This document shows positions 48,266 to 58,891 of a DNA stretch of 64,000 bases, piece by piece. The position numbers and the translations under genes were made by a program. The DNA comes from a bacterium (lineage in GTDB: Bacteria > SZUA-182 > DTGQ01). The stretch is taken from assembly GCA_040752695.1 (NCBI GenBank), contig JBFMGO010000017.1:5048-69047 (forward strand), read 5' to 3'. Each line of letters begins with the position of its first letter. Within the stretch, counting starts at the first letter, position 1. The notes under the pieces were generated by a model. The model was not told the DNA's origin. It saw nothing but the letters and a program-made list of their open reading frames with translations, and ran no database searches.

Positions 48266-48405
48266 AAAGGGGGGAGTTACACTTAACCATGAATTACTTT
48301 ATTCCTTATATCCAGCAACGGATTCCGGACATGAGAGAAGGGTAATGAAAAGAATCCAAATACTTCAGCAAGGGGAGATTGAGAAGGGAGCTTATGGAGG
48401 ATACC

Positions 48406-51400
48406 ATGAATATGAAAATTTCCAAGATCCAGTATAGCCCAACTTTTATCGGAGAACTTTTTACCATTATTCTTATCCTTTCGCTGTTCTTTTTTGGGAG
48501 AACTACTGCCGCACAGGTAATTGTTAACTCTTTTTCTCGCGAAAAAGAAGCTGGAACCTTTCAATTTCCTCCCTCCCTGCCAAGTCTGACACCTCCCTCT
48601 CTGCCAAGTCTAACACCTCCCTCCCTGCCAAGCTTGACACCTCCCTCCCTGCCAAGCCTGACACCTCCCTCTTTGCCAAGTGCAACACCTCCCTCCTTGC
48701 CAAGCTTGACACCTCTCTCTCTGCCAGGTGAACCACTTTCCCCCTGGTCAATTGTACCTCCTATTCCCCTCATACCAAGCCCAATACCTCTCCGTCCTCC
48801 TGCCGGGATTGGAGGAGGTGGTTTTATGCGGGAATCTACTCAAGATCAAGTTTATTTGGGATTAGTGGGGCGGTGGAATAATGATTATGGTCAATTTTGT
48901 GCTGTTAAGCACATGGAATTACAGGAAGAGGGGAAGAGTGCGATAAATTATGTCTGTTGCGCTACCTCGAAGGGGGTGGTGATCTATAATAACATTGGCA
49001 GGCAAACAGCAGCTTCTTTCATCCCTCTTGATAGATGTGAAGATTTAGAAATATACAGAGAAACCCACGGAGGTGCCATTTATCTCTATATAGCTGGAGA
49101 GAGGGGCCTCCACATCATCAACATAGATGATTCTACAAAGCCGTATTATGTCGCTCGCTGCAATACTCCTGGTGAGGCACAAGGTGTAGCCGTAGGGAAT
49201 AACCTTGCTTATGTAGCTGACGGAGAAAGCGGCATACAGGTTGTCGATATCAGCGACCCGAGCAGGCCCAGGATTGTCGGGAGCTTCGACACCCCGGGCT
49301 TTGCGAAGGATGTGGCCCTCCGGGATGACTATGCTTATGTGGCTGATGGGAAAAGTGGTTTCCATGTTGTTGATATAAGCGATCCGAGCGGGCCTAAGCT
49401 TGTTGGAACCTGTGATACGCCCGGCTCCGCGGAAGATGTAGTTATAGATAGTAACTATGCTTATGTAGCTGATGGAAGTTGTCCCGACTTCGGGATGAGG
49501 GGAGGCTTATTCCATGTTATCGATGTAAGTAATGAGAAGGAACCCTTTATTTTCGACACCTGTCTTTTTAAGGCTGCTATTGAGTCGAGATACGCACAAA
49601 GTGTAGCCATAAGCGAGGGATATGCTTATGTAGCCGTTTCGCTGATTCCGGAGGGTATGGTCTATATTATAGACATCAGTGACCCGAACGCAAGTATTGT
49701 TGGAATTTGGAATACCGAAGGCCCTGCCTTTGGTGTGGATGTAGGGGGCAATTATGCTTATGTAGCAGATGGCATCCCGGAGATGAATGGCTTGCAGGTT
49801 CTTGATATTAGTGACCCGACCGGGCCAAAGCTTGTGAAAACCTATTATGCCTATGACTGTGCACTAAAAGTGGATGTAGATGGTGATTATGCTTATGTAC
49901 ATGATAATTATAAGGGCTTACAGGTTATCGATATCAGCGACAAGAGCGGACTCAAGCTTGTTGGCGGTCTTGGTATCTCTGACTATGCACAAGATGCAGT
50001 TATTGGGGATGACCATACGTATATAGCTAACGGGAGTGGCGGCTTACTGATTATCAATACCGCTGACTCGACCGGGCCAAAGCTTGTTGGAACCTGTGAT
50101 ACGCCTGGCTCCGCGCAAAATGTGGTTATAAGGGACAACTATGCCTATGTAGCCGATGGGGAAAACAGCTTACTGATTATTCACATGAGCGACCCGGATG
50201 GGCCATGGCAAGGCTGGAGTTTCAATCCCCCGGACAATGCAATAGATGTAGCCATAAGGGATGACTATGCCTATGTAGCTGATGGGGAAAGCGGTCTACG
50301 GATAATTGATATCAGCGACCCGACAAGGGCAAAGCCTGTTAGTACCTTTGATACGCATGGCTACGCGCAAGGTGTTGTTATAGGTAGCAACTACGCCTAT
50401 GTAGCTGATGGAGAAAACGGCTTACTGATTATCGATATCAGTGATCCAAAATGGCCGTGGGAAGCGGGGAAATACGATATTTCTGATTCTGATAATCCGC
50501 TGGCAATGACGATGGACGTAGCTCTATCGGGAGACTATGCTTTTGTAGCCGGAGGGGGCTGGCACGGCTCGCAGGGGAACGGCTTGCAGGTTATTAATGT
50601 CAGCGATCCCTATAGACCAATGCTTGTCGGAACCTGTGATACTGGCTCTGCATACGATGTAGCCATAGAGGGAGACTATGTTTATGTAGCTGCTGAGGAC
50701 TATGGGTTATTTAAGCTCAAGATAAATACGGGTCCTTCTCCAAAAGGCAATCTTGTTTTAGTTGCGGGAGGAGGTGAAAATGCCCTCTGGCCTGTTACTC
50801 AGGGCCAGGCAAATCAGGTACTGAATACCTTCTTCAATCATGGCTATGAGTTTTACGACACCTGGTATCTCAATCCTATATCATCCCAAGACATTGATAA
50901 CGATGGTGTTTTCGATCAACTGGCAGTAGATGATTTTAAACCGACTCGTGATGGTTTAAAACTTGCTGTAACTGATTGGGGAATCAATGAGAGTATCAAC
51001 ACCGGCCCCTTATTCATTTCTCTCATAGGTCAAGGTGCACAGGACCTCTTTCAGATCATGCCTAATGAAGTATTATCTGCCAGGGAGTTAAAAAGCTTCA
51101 TTGATATCTTTCAGGTGACAACACGCCCTGTAATCGTCCTCCTGGAATTTACCTCCTCCGGTTCTTTCTGCAACGATCTGATAGATGCCGATATTCCCCC
51201 TTATACCCGCACTATCATAACCTGCACGGACGAAGGGAGCTCTTATCTTGATTCCACAGGGCAACGCTCCTTTACCGGACAGTTACTGTCCCTCTTTCAA
51301 AATCCCAACCAGACGACAGATCAATTATCCGGCCTTTTCGCCGATATCGGAATCTCGCATTACCAGCGGGTCAAACTCATGCAGGGCCTTTTCTCCCAGG

Positions 51401-54400
51401 CACGGGACAGCTTCTGGTCCTCAGGCCATCCCTTCGATACGCAGCCCCCCCAGATGGTCACTGCCCAGGGGCCCCATACTCTGTACAGCATCGCCCTCAC
51501 GGCAGACTCTCATCAATCCACCATTACCGATCCCAACCAATTCATCTTAACAGACTCCGGCCAGACTATAGTCCTCACAGCCACAGGCCACTACTTGGAC
51601 GGTGACTTCGACCTCACCGGCCAGGTTTACTATCACTCCTCAGATCCATCCATACTGCTGGTAACCCCTGACGGTAAAGCCTCGCCCAATCTCGCCACGG
51701 AATATAATGGCAAGGCTTATATCCTGGCCACCATCATTGACCCGAACTTCACCCAGGCGCCCGGTCATGATATTGATCCAAACTTCACGCAGGCTCCCGG
51801 TCAAGGTCCCGATTATGGTCATGATCAAGGTCCCGATTATGGTCATGGTCAAGATCCTAAAATCCCGCCGCTTGGAGGAGTAACCGGAAGAATCCCGGTC
51901 ACAGTGGAAATCCCGGCCTGGAAAGAAAAAGATGGCCTGCCCCTGGCCATAATCGTGGCTGGAGAAATAAGTAAAAACGACAGCCTCTGGAAAGACACAC
52001 ACACTATTGCCCAGTATGCGTACCTTACACTCCTTGACAGGGGATACAGTCGAAGCAGGATACAGTATTTTACCCACCTTGAGGAAAAACTTGGTACCAG
52101 CAGCGACTATAAAAGCACAGATCTTGACCAGGATGGAGATCCAGACAATGATATAGACGGTATCCCCTCCCTGGATACTCTCGGTCAGGCACTCACCACC
52201 TGGGTAGAGGAAAAAGGGACAGACAGCCTCATCCTCATTTTGGTAGACCACGGCCAAAGATCAGGCGGATTCTATCTGAACCAGTACGATATACTCACCC
52301 CTCAGCTTCTGGATTTGTGGCTGGATGAGCTGCAAGACCAAAATCCGAACCTTAAAATTACCATCATTATCGAATCATGTTATTCGGGGCTGTTTACCGA
52401 ACCACTGAAGAGAAAAGACCGCATCATCGTCACCTCCACGAACCAGGATGTGTCCTATAGCTCCGCTCAGGGGCTGGTTTCCTTTACCTACTATCTTCTT
52501 ACTTCCCTGCAGGCCGGATCCAATCTGGCATCTGCTTATGACAGTGCCCGCTGCTCCATGTCGGAGATAGGCCGCTTCCTGTACAAAAACAAAGAAACCC
52601 TCGATGAGCCTCGCCAACTGCCCCAGCTTGAGAACCGCCCTCTGGCCAATGTCACTTCCCTTAGCGGTGACTTTATCATCAGCCAGGGTCAGCCGGTCAT
52701 CACTTCGGTGGAACTTTCCCCTGATCCTGATCATATTCCCTATGAACAGGAGGTCACCATACGGATCAATGCGTTTGACCTTGACGGCATAGCCGAGGTC
52801 TGGGCCATGGTCAATGCCACTTACAGCCGGCCTGTATTTTCCGGTGATCCTGAGCGGCCAGTTATAGATCTTCCCCGGATAGATCTTTCGCCCGCAAAGG
52901 AAGGTGGGTATAAGGGCACTTACTCCGGCTTTGCCTACCCCGGCCCCTACAGCCTGCTCGTTTTTGCCCGCGACCAGGACGGCAGCGTCTCTTTACCCTG
53001 CACGGTATCGCTCAATGTAACCGGGCAGGCGCAAAACAGGGCTCTTTTGCTGGCTGGATGGAACCCCGCAGATCCTGACCGGTTTTCCCGCCTCCTCTCC
53101 CATGCCCAGTGGGTTCTTCAGGAAAAGCGCCTGGATAAGGTTGTCCCGCTCCTCCCTGCACCTGACGGGTCGGGCCCCACTCTTGAAAATGTCCATCGCA
53201 CGCTTCAAGACCTGGCTCAGGGTGCGGATCAGCTCTTTGTCTATCTTATCGGGCTAACGCTGAGACCTGACGGGCCAACACTGAGACCTGACGGGCCAAC
53301 ACTAAGGCAGAGCGACCATGTGGTTTTTCAGCTCAACGAGCAGGAGACACTGTCACCGGATAAGCTCGACGAATGGCTGGATGAGCTTTCAGGATGCAGC
53401 CAGGTGGTACTTGTAGATACTCCTGAAGCCCAGGATTTCTTTCGATCATCGCCCAACCGGATCTATGTGGGAGGTGCCTCCAAGGGGGAGGATGCCTATC
53501 TGGATCAGGGAGCCTACTGCTCTTTCTCGCACTTTTTCTTCACCTGCCTCTACTGGGGGGCAAGCGTCAGACAGGCTTATGAATTCTCGATCAATGCGCT
53601 CAAGCGGTATTCACGCCAGACTCCGGCACTGGAGGACGGACAACAGGGAAAAGCGGCCCTGGCCACCTATATCGGCTCGCCCTTTGTAGTCAAAACCTGT
53701 GGTCCCCGGCTTATAGTGCCGCATGGTCAATTCGTGCAGGGGGATGAATCCCTGCGGGTCGATGTATCGGAGTCAGATCCCAACACCAGAAGCACCAGAG
53801 TCTGGGCGCTGATCAAGGCACCTGGCAAAGAAATTGGGGAACTGGAGGAGATAACCTTCTCAAAAGCACCAGGCCAGGAAGGAAGATATCAGGCCAGCTA
53901 TTCCTTTGTCCAGGCAGGCACCTACGAGATCACCGTCTACACGGAGGACTCACACGGGCTGCTGGACTACGATACGACAACTGTCACCGTGGAAAGTATA
54001 GTGAAAAGTATATATGAAAAAGATAACTTTGAGGTTGATGATACTCCAGTCCAGGCTGCTCCCATACTGATCAATGATATTCAATTCCCCCAATTGCACA
54101 GCTTTCACAATGCTCATGATACAGATTGGGTTATCTTTCATGCATACCCCGATAGATGGTATGATTTCTGGGTGATGAGAAAAGGCGATTGGCTGGACTG
54201 CCCCCTCAAGGCAGCACTTTATTTCCTGGATCTGGATAGTGAGCAGATTATAGAGGTTCTGGACGAATATGACCAAACGCCCAGGATTCTCGGTTTCTCC
54301 GGATACTCAGGATGTGAACAGTCGGATTACATCTATCCCGGCCTCCTGTCCAGGGCCGGATTCTACTTTCTCAAGTTCTATTACGGCTGCGACACTATAC

Positions 54401-55539
54401 CTGAAGGGGCGAATACAGAATACGAGATTATCAAGATCACGGACGATCAGGCAGCTCCAACCGGGACTATCTGCGGCCATGTGCTCCACAGTACCTATCA
54501 TTCTGGTATTCCGGGAGTAACGGTCAAGACAGAGATCATCGCAGCCGGTGGAAAAACTCAGCCAATCGAGACGAAGAGCGGAAAGGGAGGAGTTTTCTTT
54601 CTCTTTGATCTGGAGGCGGGGGATTATCAGGTTAAGGCCGCAGCCCCCGGATACCAGGACAGCCTGACGACTTTTGTTCCGGTAACGGAAAATTCATATA
54701 CAGGCTTTACCATTTATCTTTCCCCCGATTCTCAGGATTCTGTTAAGCCATCAGTACCTGATATCCTTAATGTGTTGGACAATTATACCCCTTCTGTCCA
54801 AGCCAGTTATAAGGATCGCCAAAAAGAACGCATCATAACCCTTCGTACGGGAATGAATCTGTTCAGTTGCCCCTGCCTGCCTCTGTATGCTGACAGCGGA
54901 TCGTTTCTCCAGGAAATTCGTCATTCAGTCAGCACCTACTATCAGAAAAAAGACACCCCCTTCGGGCTCTTGGCGGATATTCGCAGATACGATTCGTACA
55001 ATGGCCGATGGCAAACCTGCTCTCTAGATACTAACCGGAAAGTTCAGGGAAAGATCTTTAATCTTGATCCTCGTGAAGGCTACCTGGTGTATCTCGATAT
55101 CCGGGATATCCAGAATCCTGACCGGAGCCTGAAATCGCTGACTCTGCCTGTCACGTGTGCCAAGACCGAATCTCAGAGCACTGAATCTCAGAGCGAGGGA
55201 TATCATTTCAAGCCGGGAATCAATTTTGTTGGTTTTGACCAATCTTCCTGCCAATATGACTCAAATCGTTTGCTGCAAAACCTGAAGCAAGTGAATACCA
55301 CAGCAAATACGGCAAAAAACCTTGCGAATACAGTAAAAATCCCTGCAAATACGGCCATAGACCCTGCAAATACGGCAAAAATACCTGCGACCATGTTCCA
55401 CTATTCACCCCGGAGCGGATCTTTCCAGCCTCATTACCAAATGTTCGGCCAACCTGCCGGTCAGCCCTGCCAACTCGAAGAAGATAAAGGATACAACCTG
55501 TTTATTAAGGAGGAAATCCGTGATTGGCAGATCGAGTAA
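48406..55539 (+). CDS. Secreted LVIVD-repeat protein with peptidase C13 (legumain/clan CD) domains and a carboxypeptidase-regulatory-like domain
   Basis: GGAGG RBS and signal-like N-terminus. About 12 LVIVD repeats (YAYVADGESGLRIIDISDP). LAIIVAG...LVDHG (52246)...IIIESCYSG (Cys 52378). DLEAGDYQVKAAAPGY. Confidence 0.85.
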   Translation: MNMKISKIQYSPTFIGELFTIILILSLFFFGRTTAAQVIVNSFSREKEAGTFQFPPSLPSLTPPSLPSLTPPSLPSLTPPSLPSLTPPSLPSATPPSLPSLTPLSLPGEPLSPWSIVPPIPLIPSPIPLRPPAGIGGGGFMRESTQDQVYLGLVGRWNNDYGQFCAVKHMELQEEGKSAINYVCCATSKGVVIYNNIGRQTAASFIPLDRCEDLEIYRETHGGAIYLYIAGERGLHIINIDDSTKPYYVARCNTPGEAQGVAVGNNLAYVADGESGIQVVDISDPSRPRIVGSFDTPGFAKDVALRDDYAYVADGKSGFHVVDISDPSGPKLVGTCDTPGSAEDVVIDSNYAYVADGSCPDFGMRGGLFHVIDVSNEKEPFIFDTCLFKAAIESRYAQSVAISEGYAYVAVSLIPEGMVYIIDISDPNASIVGIWNTEGPAFGVDVGGNYAYVADGIPEMNGLQVLDISDPTGPKLVKTYYAYDCALKVDVDGDYAYVHDNYKGLQVIDISDKSGLKLVGGLGISDYAQDAVIGDDHTYIANGSGGLLIINTADSTGPKLVGTCDTPGSAQNVVIRDNYAYVADGENSLLIIHMSDPDGPWQGWSFNPPDNAIDVAIRDDYAYVADGESGLRIIDISDPTRAKPVSTFDTHGYAQGVVIGSNYAYVADGENGLLIIDISDPKWPWEAGKYDISDSDNPLAMTMDVALSGDYAFVAGGGWHGSQGNGLQVINVSDPYRPMLVGTCDTGSAYDVAIEGDYVYVAAEDYGLFKLKINTGPSPKGNLVLVAGGGENALWPVTQGQANQVLNTFFNHGYEFYDTWYLNPISSQDIDNDGVFDQLAVDDFKPTRDGLKLAVTDWGINESINTGPLFISLIGQGAQDLFQIMPNEVLSARELKSFIDIFQVTTRPVIVLLEFTSSGSFCNDLIDADIPPYTRTIITCTDEGSSYLDSTGQRSFTGQLLSLFQNPNQTTDQLSGLFADIGISHYQRVKLMQGLFSQARDSFWSSGHPFDTQPPQMVTAQGPHTLYSIALTADSHQSTITDPNQFILTDSGQTIVLTATGHYLDGDFDLTGQVYYHSSDPSILLVTPDGKASPNLATEYNGKAYILATIIDPNFTQAPGHDIDPNFTQAPGQGPDYGHDQGPDYGHGQDPKIPPLGGVTGRIPVTVEIPAWKEKDGLPLAIIVAGEISKNDSLWKDTHTIAQYAYLTLLDRGYSRSRIQYFTHLEEKLGTSSDYKSTDLDQDGDPDNDIDGIPSLDTLGQALTTWVEEKGTDSLILILVDHGQRSGGFYLNQYDILTPQLLDLWLDELQDQNPNLKITIIIESCYSGLFTEPLKRKDRIIVTSTNQDVSYSSAQGLVSFTYYLLTSLQAGSNLASAYDSARCSMSEIGRFLYKNKETLDEPRQLPQLENRPLANVTSLSGDFIISQGQPVITSVELSPDPDHIPYEQEVTIRINAFDLDGIAEVWAMVNATYSRPVFSGDPERPVIDLPRIDLSPAKEGGYKGTYSGFAYPGPYSLLVFARDQDGSVSLPCTVSLNVTGQAQNRALLLAGWNPADPDRFSRLLSHAQWVLQEKRLDKVVPLLPAPDGSGPTLENVHRTLQDLAQGADQLFVYLIGLTLRPDGPTLRPDGPTLRQSDHVVFQLNEQETLSPDKLDEWLDELSGCSQVVLVDTPEAQDFFRSSPNRIYVGGASKGEDAYLDQGAYCSFSHFFFTCLYWGASVRQAYEFSINALKRYSRQTPALEDGQQGKAALATYIGSPFVVKTCGPRLIVPHGQFVQGDESLRVDVSESDPNTRSTRVWALIKAPGKEIGELEEITFSKAPGQEGRYQASYSFVQAGTYEITVYTEDSHGLLDYDTTTVTVESIVKSIYEKDNFEVDDTPVQAAPILINDIQFPQLHSFHNAHDTDWVIFHAYPDRWYDFWVMRKGDWLDCPLKAALYFLDLDSEQIIEVLDEYDQTPRILGFSGYSGCEQSDYIYPGLLSRAGFYFLKFYYGCDTIPEGANTEYEIIKITDDQAAPTGTICGHVLHSTYHSGIPGVTVKTEIIAAGGKTQPIETKSGKGGVFFLFDLEAGDYQVKAAAPGYQDSLTTFVPVTENSYTGFTIYLSPDSQDSVKPSVPDILNVLDNYTPSVQASYKDRQKERIITLRTGMNLFSCPCLPLYADSGSFLQEIRHSVSTYYQKKDTPFGLLADIRRYDSYNGRWQTCSLDTNRKVQGKIFNLDPREGYLVYLDIRDIQNPDRSLKSLTLPVTCAKTESQSTESQSEGYHFKPGINFVGFDQSSCQYDSNRLLQNLKQVNTTANTAKNLANTVKIPANTAIDPANTAKIPATMFHYSPRSGSFQPHYQMFGQPAGQPCQLEEDKGYNLFIKEEIRDWQIE
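48568..48726 (+). repeat. 24-bp in-frame tandem repeat encoding (PPSLPSLT)n
   Basis: CCTCCCTCYCTGCCAAGYYTGACA, about 6.5 copies. Confidence 0.9.
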
Positions 55540-58500
55540 TCAAAAAGGATGGGGAACCAGGGGGAGCCAAGAGAGACAAAAATGGAAGGGAAAAAGACGA
55601 AAATGCAGGGGAAAATGGCTTGATAAGTTCCTCCTCTGGGGAGGAGCGGGAGTGGCATTTTTCATAGTTTCCGCCTGGTTTCACCTGAACCTCGTGTTGT
55701 GCCGGGCAGACGCCGGAGGATCGGTGCGGTATGCAGACCCCGGTACCGGCATTCAACAGATTATCGATGAGGCATCATCCGGGGATACGGTTTTGGTGAG
55801 AAAGGGATGCTATCGGGAAGGGACCATCTCCCTGAAAGAGGGCATCTCTTTGGCTGGCATGGCAGAGGATGTGGGCGAAGTGGTGATTTCAGGCGATCCG
55901 ACAGGTCCTGTAATCGAAGCCGCCAGCCATACGACTATTGAAAATCTGGTTATTCGCGACGGGGAAGTAGGTATTTGCGGAAACAGGTCGTGTCCTGCGA
56001 CGGATATTACGATCGAACATAATCTGATTATAAAAAACAGGTTTGGCATGCTGTTCGTAAAGGCAGACAGGATCAGCCTGACCAATACGACGATTGCCCA
56101 TAATGTGGAAGCAGGGGTCCTGGTCGTTCTCGATCCCAACGGTCCCGTTTTTCATGCCGAGGGCAACATTATTGCCTTTAACAAGGGACCCTACGGGAGT
56201 ATTAGCTTTATTCAGCGGGATGATGCTGCTGATGCAGAGTTAACCTCCCTTTTAGATCCAGCCGCCATCTGTCTTCGTCATAATAATATATATGATAGTC
56301 TCTATCACCTTTGGTTCCATACCGACAACAGTGAGGAGAAAATCCCTCTCCTCTCGCCGGAGATTTTCGGCCCCGGTAACTTTGCAGCCGATCCCTGCTT
56401 TGCAGACCCAAACAGCGAAAACTACCGCCTTTTATCCTCTTCTCCCTGCATTGACCGCGGGGACCCAAGGAGTGATTACTCATATGAGCCTCAGCCCAAT
56501 GGCAGAAGGGTTAACCTCGGCTTTTACGGCAACACCCTGCTGGCTGCTCCCAGCCTGGATTCCGATGATGACGGCCTTTATGATTATCAGGAAGGAAACG
56601 GGGATTTAGATGGAGATAGCCTGCCGGATTGGCAGGATGCGGATACCGCTGCCATACCATTACCCTTTCGCCCGGATAAGCTCTTTCTCCATCTTCAGGA
56701 CATGAGCCATGATTTAGATCAGGATATGCACTGTAAGGATATTCAATTCAAGGATGTTCAAGCGGTGTGTCCCTCTGATCTGATTATCGATCCACCTGTA
56801 GGCATACTTCCCTTTGACCTGATTCAATGGAAAGCGTCCAATCTGGAAGAAGGAGCCGTAATCCTTGTCAAGGTGCGCTTTCCGCAAGATTTCCATGCCC
56901 TCGGCATAAGCCGTTATCTGGCTTCATCGCCAAAAGACTCATCATGGCAATCTCTTCCCATTGAGATTGATCAGAATGAGACGGCTGTCACGTATGCTAT
57001 CGAGGATGGCTGCCCAGGGGACAGGGATGGAACCAGAAACGGTGTCATCGAGCATCTGGGCGGTCTGACCATCCCGGAGTCGATTACCTGGAAAAATCCG
57101 GAGAGCTGCTTTATTGCTCTCGTCAATCCTTCCTTTTCGAACCAAGCAGGGAGTATCTCCTATGACGATATCTCCTGTAACGGTTTCTCCTGTAGCGGCT
57201 TCTCCTGTTTGTTTTCTTTAATCTTTCTTATCACCGGCTGCTTCCTTTGCTGTTCTGTGCGGGAAGGAGTATTGAAAAAGCATTGCCTCCCGGCTTTTTT
57301 TATTTTCATAGCTGCACTTCTTTCTCCCTCCCCTGGCTGGGCACAAGTAAAGGAGGATATCGAGATCACCTCATCCGCTCATCCGGTTGGTTCCGGGGCC
57401 AGAGCCCTGGGGATGGCCGGAGCCTTTATCGGGATTGCTGACGATGCCACTGCTGCCTCATGGAATCCAGCGGGGCTGAAGCACCTTGGAAGACCGGAGA
57501 TTTCGTGGGTAAAGGCTTATTCTTCCAGAAAGGAGCGTTATGAATTTGAGGAGAGCCCCGAAGCGTCAGGTTCGTACTGGTTATCCGGGTGGAATACCAA
57601 CTACCTGAGTCTGTCCTGCCAACGATGGTTCTGGCGGTTGCGGAGAAATCTCGCCTTCTCCATGAGCTATCAGCATCTCTATGACTTTTCCAAAAAGCTT
57701 TCTGCCTATCACTGGCGATCCATTGCCGATTCCGAGAGTCCCTCGCAAGACGATTCCGAGAGCTCTTCCCAAGACGATTCAAGAAGCCCCTCCCAAGACG
57801 ATACAAAGAGCCCCTACCATGACATGGAGTATCAGGCAAGCTATGAACAATCAGGCGGGCTCAGGGCACTTTGCCTGGCTTCTTCGGTCGATGTCATTCC
57901 CAGCAGGTTGACCTTTGGCCTGACGGTAAATATATGGTCGGACAAACTCTTTCCCAATGAATGGATCGAAAAATACCATAAGGACGGCCAGGGGATACTG
58001 GGTGAAGATCGCCAACCTGTGCAGACGCATACCGATGTCCTTGAAAAATATACCTTCTGTGGGCTTAATTTTAATCTTGGCCTTCTTTGGGATATCGGGG
58101 AAACTCTCACTCTGGGAGCGGTCTATAAAACCCCCTTCACCGCGGATCTGGAACATACCACTATTTATTATAGAAAAGTAGAATACTCCCATCAGGAGAC
58201 CCTTCCTTCTCAATACAACTACTCTATCCGCCCGGATCACGAGCGACTGTCTATGCCCAGGTCATACGGTATCGGCCTGGCCTGTCAACCTGTTGATCAG
58301 TTGGTGGTAGATATCGATATCTACCGGACAGAGTGGGGAGAGTATGAACTGCTGAAAGCAGACGGCAGCCGGATCAATCCGGTTACCGGCCAATCTGGAG
58401 TCAAGGTAAAACCAACTCACCAGATCCGTTTCGGTGGAGAATATGTTTGGGCAACATCAAAAGCCCTCCTCCCTGCCGTCAGGGCAGGAGTATTCTACGA

Positions 58501-58753
58501 TCCTGCACCCGCCCCAAATCAGCCGGATGATTTTTACGGCTTCAGTCTCGGTTTTGGATTGACCATAAGAGATACAAAGAAAAGCGCACTTCGCAGGAAG
58601 AGGCAAAAAGAGAAAAGGGATATGATAAGTATCGATGCAGCCTACCAGTACCGCTGGGGCAAAAGTGTAGAGGGAGAAACCATACGGGGAGAGCATTCAG
58701 CGGCAGGTATAGATCATCACCTCGTTTATCTTTCCGCGATTTATTATTTTTAA
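55520..58753 (+). CDS. Parallel beta-helix passenger fused to a FadL/OmpP1-like outer-membrane beta-barrel
   Basis: IQQIIDEASSGDTVLVRKG beta-helix start, SPCIDRGDP, DSDDDG Ca motifs, CFIA + hydrophobic stretch. Then PVGSGARALGMAGAFIGIADDATAASWNPAGL and C-terminal YLSAIYYF. Start uncertain. Confidence 0.8.
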   Translation: MIGRSSNQKGWGTRGSQERQKWKGKRRKCRGKWLDKFLLWGGAGVAFFIVSAWFHLNLVLCRADAGGSVRYADPGTGIQQIIDEASSGDTVLVRKGCYREGTISLKEGISLAGMAEDVGEVVISGDPTGPVIEAASHTTIENLVIRDGEVGICGNRSCPATDITIEHNLIIKNRFGMLFVKADRISLTNTTIAHNVEAGVLVVLDPNGPVFHAEGNIIAFNKGPYGSISFIQRDDAADAELTSLLDPAAICLRHNNIYDSLYHLWFHTDNSEEKIPLLSPEIFGPGNFAADPCFADPNSENYRLLSSSPCIDRGDPRSDYSYEPQPNGRRVNLGFYGNTLLAAPSLDSDDDGLYDYQEGNGDLDGDSLPDWQDADTAAIPLPFRPDKLFLHLQDMSHDLDQDMHCKDIQFKDVQAVCPSDLIIDPPVGILPFDLIQWKASNLEEGAVILVKVRFPQDFHALGISRYLASSPKDSSWQSLPIEIDQNETAVTYAIEDGCPGDRDGTRNGVIEHLGGLTIPESITWKNPESCFIALVNPSFSNQAGSISYDDISCNGFSCSGFSCLFSLIFLITGCFLCCSVREGVLKKHCLPAFFIFIAALLSPSPGWAQVKEDIEITSSAHPVGSGARALGMAGAFIGIADDATAASWNPAGLKHLGRPEISWVKAYSSRKERYEFEESPEASGSYWLSGWNTNYLSLSCQRWFWRLRRNLAFSMSYQHLYDFSKKLSAYHWRSIADSESPSQDDSESSSQDDSRSPSQDDTKSPYHDMEYQASYEQSGGLRALCLASSVDVIPSRLTFGLTVNIWSDKLFPNEWIEKYHKDGQGILGEDRQPVQTHTDVLEKYTFCGLNFNLGLLWDIGETLTLGAVYKTPFTADLEHTTIYYRKVEYSHQETLPSQYNYSIRPDHERLSMPRSYGIGLACQPVDQLVVDIDIYRTEWGEYELLKADGSRINPVTGQSGVKVKPTHQIRFGGEYVWATSKALLPAVRAGVFYDPAPAPNQPDDFYGFSLGFGLTIRDTKKSALRRKRQKEKRDMISIDAAYQYRWGKSVEGETIRGEHSAAGIDHHLVYLSAIYYF

Positions 58754-58765
58754 CAAACTTTCGCT

Positions 58766-58880
58766 AACCTTACTGCTGATCTGGGACATAATCAACCTTA
58801 CTGCTGATCTGGAACATGGCCAACCTTACTGCTGATCTGGGAGCAACATAACCAACCATACTGCTGATCTGAAACATACC
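58766..58880. repeat. Four imperfect 27-32 bp tandem repeats between convergent genes
   Basis: Core AACC(T/A)TACTGCTGATCTG at 58766, 58794, 58822 and 58854. Confidence 0.9.
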
Positions 58881-58891
58881 ACAAGCTCTGC

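Noticed and set aside
58766-58880. Possible mini-CRISPR (four repeats with variable tails)
   Set aside because: Variable parts are only 9-14 bp and similar to each other; no cas genes or leader. It is a tandem repeat.
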